Positions 25,481 through 40,006 of a stretch of DNA of 64,000 nucleotides are shown piece by piece. Source of the DNA: Lama glama (lineage: Eukaryota); NCBI GenBank assembly GCA_028534125.1, contig CM052816.1:42658001-42722000 (forward strand). The letters are read 5' to 3'. Position numbers and translations under genes: made by a program. The notes beneath the pieces were generated by a model that worked only from the letters and a program-made list of their open reading frames with translations, did not search any database and had not been told where the DNA came from. The number at the start of each line of letters is the position of its first letter. Position 1 is the stretch's first letter.

Positions 25481-27294
25481 ATGATGCCGATCAGGAAGGG
25501 AGCTACTAGCTGTGGGCACACCTCCGTGGCTCCATCAACCCATGCCCGTGGGGAGGGTACAACTGGAGGAGAGCCAGGTGAGGCTCTCTGAAGCTACAGG
25601 GAACATGCCACCCTTGCCTAGGGCTGAGGGTAACATTGCACATCTCTCCCTCCTTGACTCTGAAACACAAGACAGAAAAATGCTCCTTTCCCTCTGATGT
25701 TACCATTCCATCCAAATCCTGGCAAAGGTCAAGATCTCAGTTGTACTTCACTATTCAAGAGTCTAAGAAGAGATTATTCTAATCTTATTTTCATATTCTC
25801 ACTAAGTCTTGGGTTAAGGAGAAAATAAACCACCATGTTTTTCTCCCAACTTTGACCACATCTTCAATTCTCATCAGGCCTCCAACACTAGGTGTTAGGG
25901 ACAAAGAGAAATGATGAGAGAAAAGAAGAGAAAGAGAGAAGAGAAAGCAGGGGTTGGAAAATGGGAAGCGTGACCTTGAGAATTCCAGTTCAGGAAACTG
26001 AAGAGGGGGACCAGCAGAACCAAGGCCTCCAGGAGCTCCTCTTCTCCCCTAAATGAAACCAAACTATCTTTTTCCTCCCCTAACTTCCTAGGAATTTTAG
26101 GGAAATGTAAGATTCATAGACCAAATTAAGACCTCTTTAAGCCACTACAATTTAGTCAGCTTGAAAGAAAATCAGATTCCACTCCTCTCTACCTCTCTAC
26201 CTCTCTACCCACTGCTTATCACTATAAATAAATAAGACAAAACATTCTCACAGTCACTGATAACATCATTACTGTGAGTTTATGTTTCTTTATATTACTG
26301 AGTGAATAGTAGCCATTTATGTTTGATAGAAATCAGAATTATTTATATTGGGTTCTTATTTCACCCTTGCTTCTTATTTGGAGTTGAGTAATTCCAGAAC
26401 AAATGAAATTTCTCTGGTCATTGTGGAAACCTCACTATTTTGAAATGAATCTACATAATGAATATTCTGGGATGTTATATGGATAGAGTACTTGATGAGG
26501 AGCTGGGAACTGATGGAGAAGTCCAAAGTGCTCCTGCTTAATGTAGGATTTCCTTTGAATTAAGCCTCTTACCAATGCTTACGAGATCTGTCCGTTGAAA
26601 GGAGTCACTTCTTAGAGGGTTGGAAACACAGTTCCAAAATCAGTTAGTACTTAAATGATACAACTCCACAGTATTCTCCAAGGACCGTGCAGTCCTAACA
26701 CCATAGGGTAGGTGCTCTGGGTAAGATGAGCTTCACAACACCCGCAGGACCCAAAGGAAGCCACTGCAACACAGTGACCAACCTTGGCTCCCCATCTTCC
26801 CAACAAGAAACACTGGGATGAGTAGTTCCTCTGAATATTTTTGAGCTACACCAAAATCAAAAGTATGCACATCTTGCTGAAGCACACATAGAGAAGAAAA
26901 ATCATTCTTCTCAAGTAGTAGACAGAAATGAAGGAGAACCTTCAGGCCCTGCTGGTCAGGCTGCCAGGTTCATCAAGCTGCATGAAAGTTACTAAATCTT
27001 TTCACTAAAAGTGACTGAAAGTCAGTTATGAAACTGACATCACAGGTTTGTGTAAAGTGCCATCAAATGGAAAATTCCAAAATATCCTATTAGACAACAG
27101 AAAATGTTTCACTTGGAGAAAGAAATAGAAGTAGAATTTCACTCTGACAAAACCTTTTTTCTACTTGCTTTTATTTCTCAAAGTTCAAACTAATCCTGCT
27201 TTTAAAACTAAAGTTCTAATTGAGGCTCTGGCAAATAGCTAAAGAGCCAACCTCACAAGTGACTTTAATTTATGTAACTGGAATTTCCACTTAC

Positions 27295-27449
27295 CACTCC
27301 TCCAAAGTATTTTCCTATGTAGAAGTCATCAAGGCTGTGTAATTCCAGATAGGTAGCTCCTAGCTCTTTAGCAAGCTGGATCCCTTCAGTCGTACTGACG
27401 CAGCTCCCTCTGTCCGAGGTACACAGTGGGCACGTACAAGGTAACTCTT
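27295..27449 (-). CDS. RHOBTB3: RHOBTB3 exon 4
   Basis: ttctcag|AA acceptor; EELPCTCPLCTSDRGSC...GKYFGGV; GTG|gtaagt donor; 155 nt. Confidence 0.97.
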
Positions 27450-28349
27450 CTGAGAACATGAATACGAGTAACAAAGAGGTTTGAAATTAAACAGGAAAAA
27501 ATGTACACAGACAATCTGAGCATTAAGCCACAAATTAAGAGCTCATACCAGGATCAGAGTCCAAGACCATTTAGTATATCCACTATCCAGTAGACTCTAA
27601 ATAAAAAGTGTCAATGATGAGAGCAAGGTCCCTAAAGTAAACAAGCTTAAAATGTGAGAATGAACAGCACCTTGGAAAATAGGAGAATTTTTAAATAGGT
27701 GAATGAATATTACCAAGGCTATTATAATAATTACACCAATCAGCCAGTAATGTCAGGCCTCCTTTCTTTTATACAAACTTGACATCCTGAGTATCAGTAC
27801 AAATTTAACAATTTGATTGCCCATAGAAACCATGGAAAAGAGGGTTGGCTTTTTTTCTTCATAATGAACTTTAAATACATTCACCAAGTTTGAATAGATC
27901 TTATACTTTTATTTTAATAGAATCCTCAACTTGACCTCAATCTCCAAGGCTGCAAAATTGCCAATCTTTGTAAATTTCATGCGAAGTATGTTTTTATTAA
28001 TCCAGACATTTCAATTATTGAACTCTAAAGCACTCAACTGCAGAGACCAAATTCAATCACTTTTATCTTTTTCTTCAAGATTAAAAAATTAAAAACTGAA
28101 ATAATAAAAAGTAATTACTGAACATGTGAGCTGTCCCAAGAGTCATCGCCGCACCACGCACAGACCTCTGGCTGGGAATGTGGTGGATGAACCTGTCCAT
28201 ACGGACACTCCTCAGGAGGACCACAAACGTGTGCTCACTTCCATATTCTTCAGCCAGCCTTGTTTTGTTTCATGCTACACCATCAGGTATGTCATTGTTT
28301 AAAAGGCAGCCAAGGCAAAAGGGGATGAAACCATGTATAAAAAAGCATG

Positions 28350-28580
28350 TTGTTGCAGGTGGGCTTTCCTGGGAAGCAGACTCTGAAATGGAGACTGATG
28401 TGCTGGACGCTTACTGGGTGATGATCTTGGGAATAACTTTTCTCAGGGGTGAGGGAGGCAGGACTGAGCAGACGAAGAATTCCAACTTCAGTGTTATTGC
28501 AAGAGACCTCAGCCATCTGTCAGGGCTCTTTACAGTGGTTCCCCACACAAGGCTGGGCCTTTGTATCCCTAAATGAGCCA
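28350..28580. mobile_element. Ancient ERVL-class LTR fragment
   Basis: ggaagcagactctgaaatggaga...gagggaggcaggactgagcaga...gagacctcagcc resembles recalled ERVL LTR relics; subfamily not assigned. Confidence 0.5.
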
Positions 28581-31500
28581 GTAATTTAAGAAGGGCTGCC
28601 CTCGTGAAGGGAGCAAAACCCTCGGCAAGAAGCTTCTATCAGCCTGGAAAGGGACTCAGCTGTGCACCATAAGTGGTCAAAAAACCCGGTAACTGAGGGA
28701 GTAAATCCAGTGGCCCTGAAAGGGCATTTGGGATATGCTGCCCATAGCATACACAACAAGTTTCCTGCCAATGACCTGCATGTAGATGGAGCACATGTAT
28801 GTACACACGGTGTGTATACAAAGGCTATTCAGTGCACTGCATACAGCGTATGTAACATGCATGTGCATACACACACATATGACAGATAATTTAGCTTCGT
28901 GGGAAGCCTTTTGAGCTCAGAAACCATGTATTCACATCCTCATTTTGCAGAAGAGGAAATTGAAGCTCAGGGAGGTTAAGTAACTCGTCTAATCTCCTTG
29001 TGTGTTAGAGCTGGAGGAACAATAATAAAACTGTTTACTTGCTCCACCTGAGAAATAGACATCAAAAGATAAGATAAAATTTTAGTTTGAGCAAAGAATT
29101 ATTGAGTCCAAAGATACAGTGATTTAAAACTCAAGCTTGGTTTCTCTAAATTATGCAATAAATTCTAATCAGACTTCTTGCATTCACTTCTTCTAAGATC
29201 ATTTCAGGTTTAGAGAAAATAAAGTTCTCATACACAATTTAGACTATCTTGAAAAATAACACATCGGTATTTCACATTCTTTATGAAGCCTTGATAAACA
29301 GTGACTTTGATTTTCTGAAGACAGAGGCCTTCTTATGTCTACAAAGCTCTCCTTATGTTGATGGAATGGGGTGGGTAGGCAGAACATCTTATTAAACTTT
29401 ATTTCTGGACAAAAAGTCACTAGTGTTTTGAGCAAAAAATTAAGCAAGCAAAATGTAAAACAATTGCTAGGAAATAACCTTGATTTGAAGGAAAATCCAA
29501 CTAATGTCAGGTTTAACCCAGCTGAGTGGGGGTTTTCCACTGTGTGTAGCCACAAGCATCTCACGAACCTAGAAAGTGCCCCTGCTTATATTCAATCATT
29601 ATAACTTATCTATGTCACAATACGTTTCTTTTTGTTCACTTGGTACCAAAAGTAAAAATGCCTAGTCATTATGTGTTAGGCAGGAGAATCAATACATTTA
29701 TGGATCAAACAAACTTACATTGAGCATTTCATCAGGAGACCCCAAATAATTTTAAATTGTGGTACCTTCTTCAGGACTCACTCCTATGAGCCCACCTCAG
29801 GGTCCTGGGACTCTGGGAATCAGTGTTACACTTCTAGTTAACACTGTAGCCTTTTTTTCTCTGTTATATATTATCTTTTAAGGTATTATCACAAAATGTC
29901 TGTTTTTTTTTTAAAGCAGACACAATGTAACTGTAGAATTCAAATGAATGGCATCTCTCTCAAAGCAGTGGCTTTGAGAACCTGCAAGGTGATTCTTACA
30001 ATGTTGTCAGTGCTTAAAAGTCTTAGGAATCCTTTTAGGAATTCCAGCCTAGCAATGTAATAGGCTCTGTCAGAGCTTCAGAAAGAAAAGACAGGATGCC
30101 TGCTTTTAGGAGCTTAAGGCTATGAATACACCCTTGTCACATTTGGAGAAAATCTTCCACTTTAAAGATAGACTCAATATTTAGTAAAAGCCAAAAATGT
30201 ATTTAGAGCCAAGTACGATGAAGACACACACAGCCAAGCTTGTCAAAACATGTATAACAAAGGAAAGAGATGAGACTGATTGTGTTTGCTTAACTCATTC
30301 TTAAAGGAGTTGGAGAGAGAAGTTACCAGAACACCCAGCACGGGTCCGTGGGCTACAAGGGGTTGAAGGAGGGAGGAACAAGTGTCCTTGAGTTGAACAG
30401 CCAGATTTAGCTCTGCAATTACTTTGTAATCACATCTTACATGGTAAATTACTTTCATCCTGTTAGTGAAAGTGATTTTTTCACTTACATATATCATTCA
30501 TAAAACCATTCATTCACTCACTGAACAAATGTTTTTTGAGCACCTACCTACCACACTTCAAATAGTAGGGATGTAAAGATACACGGATAAATGAAACTCA
30601 CAGTGAACTGAGCCAAGACAGACATGGCTGCAAACAACTATAATATAAGAACTAAAATAAAGGTGTACAAAATCACCATGGAAACAGAGGAGAAATTAAC
30701 TCTGCCTGGGGGATTATAGAAGGCTTCACAGAAGAGCAAATGATTTAAAGAGTAAGGATGAATTTGCTATGCAGAAACAATAGGGGTTATGCAGCGCGGA
30801 CTCCAGTCAGAGGATACAGCACATGCAGAGGCCTGAATGTGAGAAAAAGGGGAACACATCACTTCCACTTTCAAGAGGGCAAGCTAAGCCCACACTGCAA
30901 TCTCCTCTCCCTGCCAAATCACAAAAATCATGAAAGAAAGATGGGGATAGGGAAGAGGTGACAGGGAGAAAGGAAGGAAGAAAGAGAGCAATGAGGGGAT
31001 GGAAGAGGAGGGAGGAGGAATAGAGATGTACGCACATGGCAATGGTCAAAAATTAGCGAAGAGACTCTCGCCAGCCAGAAACTAGGACTGCTTGAGAGGC
31101 TGCAGGCAGTGAGCACAGGACCAGAGAGGGACACTGAGCTCAGAGGACAGGTGGGACCTCAGGCACAGCAGCAGCATCTGAGGGCTCACTGCTTAAGGAT
31201 GGTGGGAGCAAGGAGAGCCCAAGGGCAACTAAGAGGAGTTTAGCTGGAGGACCCCAGGGGCAGCGGCGAGGCCCATAGATCCTGGGGAGGGCCAAGTCTA
31301 AGATGAGTCTGGGACATCTGTGCCAGAAAATAAGGAAGGACTCAAAAATTAATTGGAGAGAGCATGGAGAGACTCCCTTCAGGCAAATTCCGGGTAAATG
31401 GAGCATCAGAAAGAATAATGAGAAGAACAGATGATAAAATAGTGAATTTAGAAAACAAACCCATGAATCATAACAACTCTTAAAGACAGATGTGGGAGCA

Positions 31501-33769
31501 AAGGGAAAGTTCTATTTACAGGAGAATACCAACTAATAAGCATGGAAGGAATGGTAGGAAATCACTATTCTGCAACCACAGTTATCACAACTAAAGGAAT
31601 CATGTAAAATAATGGGCTTAGATTCTTTAAAAATGTCAGTGTCATGAAAGACAACCCCCTTCCCCTGTCAAAAAAAAGGCTGGGGAATTGGGAACCGTTC
31701 TGGATTAAAAGAGACTAGAGAGACATGACAACTAAATGCAGTGCATTGTCCTTAATTTCATTGGATTAAAAAAAAAAACAGCTTTGGAACAGGTGGGAAA
31801 ATGTGAATATGGGTATATTTTAAATAACAGCATAATAGGTAATATTACATATTTTGAGTGATGATTGCATTTTGGTTAATAGGAGAATGGCTCTGTTCTT
31901 AAAGACATGCCTAATTAATCAGGACTGAAGAAATCCCATAATGTTTACAATTTACTCTCAAATGGTTCAGAAAAAAAAATGTGTGTGTACGTGTGTGTGT
32001 ATATTTGTAATTTCTGGGGTTCACTGTCCTATTCTTGTCAAGTTTCTTAGGTTTGTAATTTTGCAAATAAATGTTAGGGAAAGGAGAAGAAAGTGTCTAA
32101 GGAATTTAAAGAATGAATATCATGCTCTGATTTATATTCTAGGATGATTATTCTGAGAGGATTTATTTCAGAAAGAGGCCAAGCTGGAACGGAAGACCAG
32201 AGGCCAATTCACCAAGAAGAAAGTTTCAAGGCCCTTTCTTGTGGGTCCTTTCCAAAGCCTTGGGAGAAATCAGGGCATGAAATTCTTTCACATGACATAA
32301 GCTTCTGTAAAATTTGCAAAATAAGATATTCTTAGTACATTTGGTTAAGACTACTGTCTCTTTCCACTCCAAATCACTTCACCTCGCACAAGGCAGCTCT
32401 GAAGGAACCATGGACATTTTTGGGATCCTGCTAAGGGGAATTTAAATTTAGGTTTAGTGAGCTATTATGTGTGGTTTGTAGTCACTTCCTTGTAAGTGTT
32501 TGCGAGCTGTCTTGGTGCACAAATGGCCTTCAGGAATGTTTCTTTCACCCACTGTGCAGACTAATTTGGCATCATGACACAATGATGCTGCCCTGAAAGA
32601 TGAACACAACACAGACCGTAGGGCCCAGCACCACAGAGATGTGGAGAGTGGGGAAATACACTGGAAGAAAAACTAGTTACCATTCTCTTCTCTCTATAGA
32701 AAAATATCAAAAAGTGGTTATCATATGAAGAACTGATCAAACACTATGCAGCCAAAAAAAATCTAAGAAAAATTAAATAAGTGTCAGGTTTTTAAATATT
32801 AGAAACTTAAAAAAAATGTTTGTGGTATTTGACAGCTTTTTTTAGAGTTGTAATTTAATGTGCTTTCTTTTCTCATTCTGAATAAATGTTCATTTGTATA
32901 CATATATGGGCCTGTAATTTTGTAGTTTTTTTTTTCCCACACAAAGAACCTCTGAAATTGTGTAAGTTTCAGATCCTACAAAAGCTGGAACTGCCCTTTT
33001 AGACCAAAAAGATGGTTACTATGACAGATAATTAAATGACTAGGATCTGAAATACAGTGAAGACGAGGAAAAAGCAATGAGTTTGAGGTTTATTTAAGAT
33101 ATAAAATCAAAAGAGCTTCTTAGTCAACTGAATATGAGGAATGGGAGGGAAAGCTGGGTTAGATGGTTCTAGTTTAGGTGAATGGGTAGGTCTGGCATCA
33201 CTCACAAGACAGGGAGCTCAGTAAAAAGAGGGAGTTGTCTGTGGAGATTTGGGCCAGGAGAGAGGCTGGAGCCAGAAAAACAGTGTGGGTAATCAACAGT
33301 GTCTATACAGGGGAAGCTAGGGCAACAGATTAGCAGGTTCATGGTCAGAGTAAACAGCAAGAGGTGAAGCCAAAGAATGGGACCCTGGACAACAACTGCA
33401 GGATGTACTGATTTGGTATATGTTTGTAGGGGGGGTTGGGAGGGTCAGAAAAGGCAGAGAGAACAACCAGGAAAGAAAGGGTAGCTTTACTAAGTGGAGG
33501 GACACATGTGTTTGAATAATTTCAGAGGAAGAATTGGTACTAAAATGTAAGTTAAATGTATATTAAATGTGACAATAAGCATGTAACTGGCAGCCCTGAG
33601 TGAAAACAAACCAGTGTAACTGTGAAAGTCAAAGTCAGACTGGAGTAGACTGAAAAATGAATGGGAAGTCAGGAAGTGGACTCAGGAAGTGTGGATGACT
33701 CATTCAAGAACCATGACCGGCAATAAGAAGAAAGTTAGGGAAATGGAGGGCATGTGGGGGTCAAAGAAG

Positions 33770-34245
33770 GGTCAAACCTGCTTCATTCATATCTACTAAC
33801 GCTAAACACATACCTACCCTATGACCCAACAATCCTACTCTTAGGAAACAACCTAAGCATTACCAAAAGGAGAATGGAGAAATAAATCACAGCATATTCA
33901 TAAAATGGAATAATACACAGCAATACAAGGAAGAAATTACAGTTCTGCATGGATGAATCTTAAAAGTATTATGCTAACTAATTAGTCAGGCACAAGGCAC
34001 TATACACTGTATGAAGTTCAAGAATAGGTAAAACTAATCTATGTTGTTAGAAGTCAGAATAACTATCTCTGGGGAGGGGGAAGAGGCATGAGTGGGGCAG
34101 CTGTTCTATACCTTGATAGGTGCGATGGTTGCATAGACGTATACATACGTAAAAATGCATTTAACTGTGCTCTAAAACTAGTGATGTCTATGTCCTTTAT
34201 TTTGCTGTACTTCAATAAGGAGGGAAAAATGAATAAAAAAAAAAA
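33770..34245 (+). mobile_element. L1M (MC/MD/ME-like) 3' fragment
   Basis: cctaccctatgacccaacaatcctactcttagga...atggatgaatctt...aggtaaaactaatctat...cttcaataa. Confidence 0.7.
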
Positions 34246-34901
34246 CTTTAGAAACAGCTTTACTGAGGAAATAACCACTGAGAACTATAAAACGCTACCA
34301 AATCAAAGTGAGTTCTGAGTTGGCCCTGAGCTATTTGACAAGAGTATGCACAGCAGCAACCACTGAAACGGACCGAACCAAGTTAATCCACCAGCTACAG
34401 AGTGAACAACCCTCTCTCTTAGGTGGTGTGGTCAGTGCATTCAGCTCACTCACCGCTACCTACCTAAAAACCCTGCTCCAGTCCCACATTCACATGTGGA
34501 CAGTCCACCCTTCCCAACTGGATAGACGTTTACATTGTCAAAAAGTGTTTTCCAGGGCTCCGTGTTAGCCTAATATCTCTCCCATATAAAACAACAACAA
34601 TAACAAACAACAATCAAAAACCCCCAAAAACCCACAATTACTGACTACTTTCAATTTTGTAGAAGAGCAGTTTAAAAGACAAACTTGTACCCGTCAGAAT
34701 CACAGCAGTAGCTTGTGATAGTTTCCTTTGATGTCTCATTATCATACCCAGTGATGAAGAGACAACAGCTGGCATTTGAACCCACAGTCATTTTGCTTTC
34801 CAAAAAAAAAAAAAAACTTGTATTAATCATTAATAAACTTAATTCTGTTTAAAATTAATATGGTATCTGCAGTCTCACATAAAAGAAAATTAAATACTTA
34901 C

Positions 34902-35088
34902 CATTTTGTCTGGTACCGACTGCAGCAATGATTACTGGAACTGAATTTAATGCTCTTTTTATCACAGGAATATAATTATCCTTCACTTCATGGAATGAAA
35001 ACTTGTCATTTACGTTATATTTGATCACAATGATGTCGGCACCCCCAATCAGATTTCGAGAGGTATACCAATCACTGTCAAAAATGTC
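34902..35088 (-). CDS. RHOBTB3: RHOBTB3 exon 3
   Basis: tttag|GAC acceptor; DIFDSDWYTSRNLIGGADIIVIKYNVNDKFSFHEVKDNYIPVIKRALNSVPVIIAAVGTRQN; G|gtaagt donor; 187 nt. Confidence 0.97.
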
Positions 35089-37629
35089 CTAAACCAGAAT
35101 GAAAAGAACACTCTTTAGTCTACTTATCTTCAAATCATCCATGAAATAAGCTGTAACATATCAGTTTTAATTTTTTGCCAAACTTTAATATTTGGAACTC
35201 ATTAAAAAATTTATTTTAAAAAATATGAAATTTAAAACATTTGAAATCTATCAACTCTTTTAAATATTTTGAAATTTAACTAGCCCAGACCACAACGTAG
35301 TGGTAAAATAGAATCCAGAGAACTCCTGAAAATCTGATGAAATAGACAACCTCTTTCAACATATGGACTTAAAAATAAGCACTTTGTTTTAATATCATGC
35401 CACAGCTTTATCACCTAATAATTTCAAGAATGTAACACTATGCAATAGATGTAAGAGCATCAGTGTAAGGACGCTTCAGAGGATTTTCTGTGACCCAGTT
35501 AGATAATGAAGGATTGTTCAGTGTTTTGAATTGTAATACACTGTGAATTCTGTGGAGTTCCATATGTTTTACTCATATTCTCAAAACTCATACACGTTTT
35601 TTAAACTCTGTCCATTCTTTGCACAGTATTGTATACATACCCTGTGCATGTAAGGGGAACAAGGTATGGGAGGGGGAACGTCTCCATAAAAAGATAAGCG
35701 TGTATTATTAGGTGTTAACATGGTAAGGAATATATTTGCAATTTGTGTATTTCGTTGACATTATTTAAAAATTCAGGATAAAGCTTTCCAGTTTTGAAAT
35801 TTTTACTCTTGGACTATAGTTAATAATACTGGTATTTAGAATTGAGGCCAGAAGTAATTTTTATGGACCTACTTCTTGAAACTTAGTGCTTTAATATTAT
35901 AGAAATAATTTTTCAAAGTTATTGTATGAAAAGTGGTATAGGACAAGTGTTTTTATGTATCTTAATACCATTGCTAAATATATGTAAGTGGCTCTCTTCT
36001 CACATTTTGGTTAACTATTAATCATTATTTGTCCTTTGATGTGGACTTTGGTATGTATTCCTTGTATGTAATAAAGCTAGATTAAGAAAATAGACAGCTA
36101 GATATAGCTAACAGGTCCAAAAACTGTTGGGCTGTGAATGTCTGCACTTTGAAATGTGACTCCAAAACAGGGTTTGAATCAATCAACTGTGACAGAGCTT
36201 CTATCCTATGTTAGAAAATTCTGGAAAAATGTCACAGCAATGCCCTTTTGCAGAGACCTTCTTCTCACCAGTACATTCCCAAGCCCCAGCAAAGCCTCTA
36301 ATAATTTCCTACATCCTCCCCACCTGCCCATTTCCTACAAGTACACCCTGAGTAGCAAGCATTGCAGAATTTTTAGATACGAATACCTTACTGAAAGTGG
36401 GATGGTTAGAGCCTTTTTAAAGAAAGATTTAACCACACACACAAAAAAAAACCCCAAAACAAAACAAAAAGGCAAATTATGAGGATATAAACAGTGAAGG
36501 GAAAGGCTTGAACTTAGTGGAGGATGTAAGAGGGAGAAGTGAAATGGGACACAGATCAAGAAAATGTAAGAGCTTCCCAGCAGAGCTCTACACTAACTTC
36601 CAAATCCCAAACCACAAAAACTATTCCATTCCAATTGTATTTTGTTACAGTAGTCAAGCTGAAAGTATACAAGTATAACAGGGCATATAAGTAAAACAAA
36701 GAAAGAGGACAAAGTCAGACGGATGGGATGAGTAAATTAAACATAAGTGGGACCAATATCAAGCAGCCATTTAACTCTGAGAGAACAAACCAAAAGTAAC
36801 TGCTCTTTGCATTCCAAATTGTCCAAAATCCGAGTTACTGGAGGGGTGGTGAAGGAAAAAGGGGACATTTAAAGGAAAACGTCATGAGGAAATGGGTTTG
36901 GCATTATTAACCCTGTGGTATTGAGGATATGAAGACTGTAAATGAATTTATTTTTAATACAAACCAGAGCTTCAAACCCTGCACACACAAAAAAAGTGTG
37001 CATGTATTACCTCATTGTTTTTTATGGAATAATTCTGGTAAACAGGAAAAAGTCTAGAAATGGAATAAAACAAGAAAGGGTGGGTTAGAGAGAGACATAC
37101 TAAATAATGAGCTACATGTAATGAATTTGAAGCACATTTATTTAAAAAGTGCCAAACTGTATGGCAAAGGTCCAGAGTAGGGCTATGGATCCACAGAAGA
37201 AAACTAGGACAGAAGTGCAACGATCTCATTCCCACTCCAAGGAAACACCACCACTCTTCTTCTCACACTAAGTCAAAGAGAAATGCTCCACTGGTTTCTA
37301 GAAATATGAAGGAAATCAAATTCTCCCACCCCTTGTAAATCAGTTCCAGGATTTCCTCTAGGAGGTTATGCAACACAAGGCTTGGAGCCACATTTGGGGA
37401 ATGGAAATTTTTTTGAAAAAATAATCTGAATTTTTATAGCAGAACAATAATTTTATTCTACTTGATTGTGGAGCTGCAATACAGCATCTACTAAGTACTA
37501 ACACTGCTGCCCCAATGTACTTTATTTGTGTGCAAATCTTGAATGATGTGTAGGAAAACTTTACTTCTGCTTAGTTTAGGTGATACATGGCTATACAAAA
37601 GTTGTGATAAACACTTCATTATCACTGCA

Positions 37630-37860
37630 GCTACCACTCATTGAGCGGCTACCACATGCCAGTGTGGTTGCTAAGAACTTGACATGTACTATCTCACTTA
37701 CTTGTCAGCACAGCTCTAGGAGGCGGGGGTTATTACGTTTATTTTACACACAAGGAAAATAAGGCTAAGAGAGGATGAGTGACTTTATCTAGGAACAAAG
37801 CCAATAAGCTGCAGTGTGACGATCTGAAATCAGGTCCTTTTGATATCAAAAGGTGTACTC
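37630..37860 (-). mobile_element. MIR SINE
   Basis: cattgagcggctaccacatgccag...attttacacacaaggaaaataaggctaagagagg..agtgactt. Confidence 0.65.
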
Positions 37861-39594
37861 TCTCTCTTCTGCTATATTTAATATTCTGATTCAGTAAATG
37901 TCAAATATCAACTTTCTTATCTCTGCTGGGCTTTTACTCACCACCAAGAGAAGAAAACACCTTATAAAGAGTAGCTCTACTATGTCAGAAGACCATTGTA
38001 ACCTAGAAAACTGTGCTTGGTTACAAACTCAATGCCTTAAACAGGGCGAGGGTCTAACCAAACAAAAGGTGATTATAATAAAACATAATAAATTAGTATT
38101 TATTACTGATCAATAAATTTTTAAAAATCAGACCATTTGAAAGATTTCATTTACTACAATCCATGGGATTACAAGAATTACTTTTTGCTAAATTAACAAC
38201 ATAAACAGCAAAAACAGGAAAGGTTATCCTAACCCCCTAATTCAGCTTATTTTGTTTTTCCTACATTTACTTACTCTGTTCACTCAACATTTGTTCAGCT
38301 GAGTGTAGAACCAGTAAGTTTTTAGACTGTAAGATCTTTCACAATTAAATGACCAAAGTAAAAGTGTTTCTTTTGCTCTCATGAACTCAATAGTAAGTTT
38401 TACAATGATGATCCTTATGATCAGTAACATCACTTTTACAATTTGGAGTTTAATAGCATCCCTGTTATTGAAAAAGACTTTTTCATTTATTTCAGCGTAT
38501 CAATATACATTTACTTCAGCTGAAAATTTATTTGAGCATATGATCTTTTCTTTCCATAATATGGAAATCTGTATAAGAAATGTTTCTATGTACATTCTAC
38601 ATATTTCTTTAGAAAGATGTATTAGCTCCCTAAAGCCACTCATTCAGTTTTTTAAATTGCAGTTTAAATGTAAATCCCACATAATCATAATCCACATTTT
38701 CTTTTTTGGACATTAAACTTTTTTGTTATAAAATATAATCTTTAGTTGCAATATAACTTCAATACCAGCAAAAAACCAGAAACTTTGGAATAACATTATG
38801 TGAAAACATTCAAAATATGATGCTATTGTGTACTGAAAACATTTATGTATTTTCTCCTTTTATCACTCAAGAATTAGATTAGGATTTGTCAACTTCATTA
38901 CAATTTTTTTAATTATCACAAGTTTAAAGCTTTTTAAAATCCCAGAACAGTATTAGTAATATTTCTGATTTATGAGTCATTAAAAACAAATGGCTAAATA
39001 TATTAAGCGTATCTGCATTATTAAAACTAAAAGCATTAATTAAAATTTTCAACGGTGGATAGTGCTATAAATGAGTCGTTTAAAATTAATTCTCATTCTC
39101 TCCCTGTCTTTTCTCCTCCTTTCCAGGGGTCCTATTTCTGAGCTGCCTCAGTGAAATGCATTTTTGCTGTGCTGAGCTTTCAGAGAACTTTATTTTTAGA
39201 ACACTAGTATTACTATAACACCCACAGGGTAGGCATGAAAGATATTGCTCTCTGCTGGTGAAACTCAGTGACCCTGTCCCTTAGGGTTGGCACATTTAAC
39301 TGTCAGTTGTCTACCAAGGGACAACCCACGGTCGTGAAGTGTACGCGTAAGTGCTTCACGTTCCCACTGGGGCTTCTTGCCTTCTAAGAGCCTTCTAAGA
39401 GCGTTGTTTGACTAGGCTGGCTCCTGCCCAATGAAACGAAGGACCAAAGATTTCTCCCAAAATGTTTAAAAGCTCTACCCAGGTGACCGGACGGTCCACA
39501 TTCGTGAAAGGGGAAAAGGAGGGAGGAGAAAAAGAAGGAAATAAAGAAAGAAAAGCTCCGTCGGCCTCTGCACAGAGCAGCTGCGGCCCCTTAC

Positions 39595-39820
39595 CCAGAC
39601 AGGACAGTCGTGGACCACTAGCTTGACATTCCCAAACGCGCTGGCCTGATACTCGGTGAACACCGGACGCGCGACCGTGCTGGTCGCGTTCAGCAACAAG
39701 CTGCTTTCGTCTCCTGAGACCAGCGGGCTTCTCCCCAGGTAAGTGCGGATGAGCCCTGACGGCCGATTGTCCTGGTGAAACGCGTCCCCCTCGTTCCCCA
39801 GCGCCACGATGTGAATGGAC
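39595..39820 (-). CDS. RHOBTB3: RHOBTB3 exon 2, N-terminal atypical Rho-like domain
   Basis: tgtcgcgtag|G acceptor; encodes SIHIVALGNEGDAFHQDNRPSG...HDCPVW; TGG|gtaagg donor; 226 nt. Confidence 0.97.
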
Positions 39821-40004
39821 CTACGCGACAGAGACGAGGGCGAGGGGGAGAAGAGGCGCGTGGTCAGCGCGAGGATCACTTTCAGCAGAACAGGAAGTGC
39901 GAGGGGGTGGGCAGCGCGCGGCGAGGATGGCACGAGCCCCTCGCCCTGGGGCGCACCGCACGCGCTGAGGCAGAGACAATGGCAGGACCGCGATGCGTAC
40001 GTAC

Positions 40005-40006
40005 AT
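40005..40006 (-). CDS. RHOBTB3: RHOBTB3 coding exon 1: only 'AT' of the start codon, at the end of the 5'UTR exon
   Basis: Minus strand gagatcAT|gtacgt donor at 40004. Joining to G at 39820 gives ATG TCC ATT CAC ATC (MSIHI), with A at -3. Confidence 0.9.

Noticed and set aside
26246..26278. Small hairpin ctcacagt...actgtgag
   Set aside because: An 8-bp stem is expected by chance in 64 kb; too short for a pre-miRNA and has no snoRNA boxes.
38381..38716. 111-aa hydrophobic ORF antisense in intron 2
   Set aside because: Ile/Phe/Ser bias reflects AT-rich composition; no promoter, splice structure or recognisable family.
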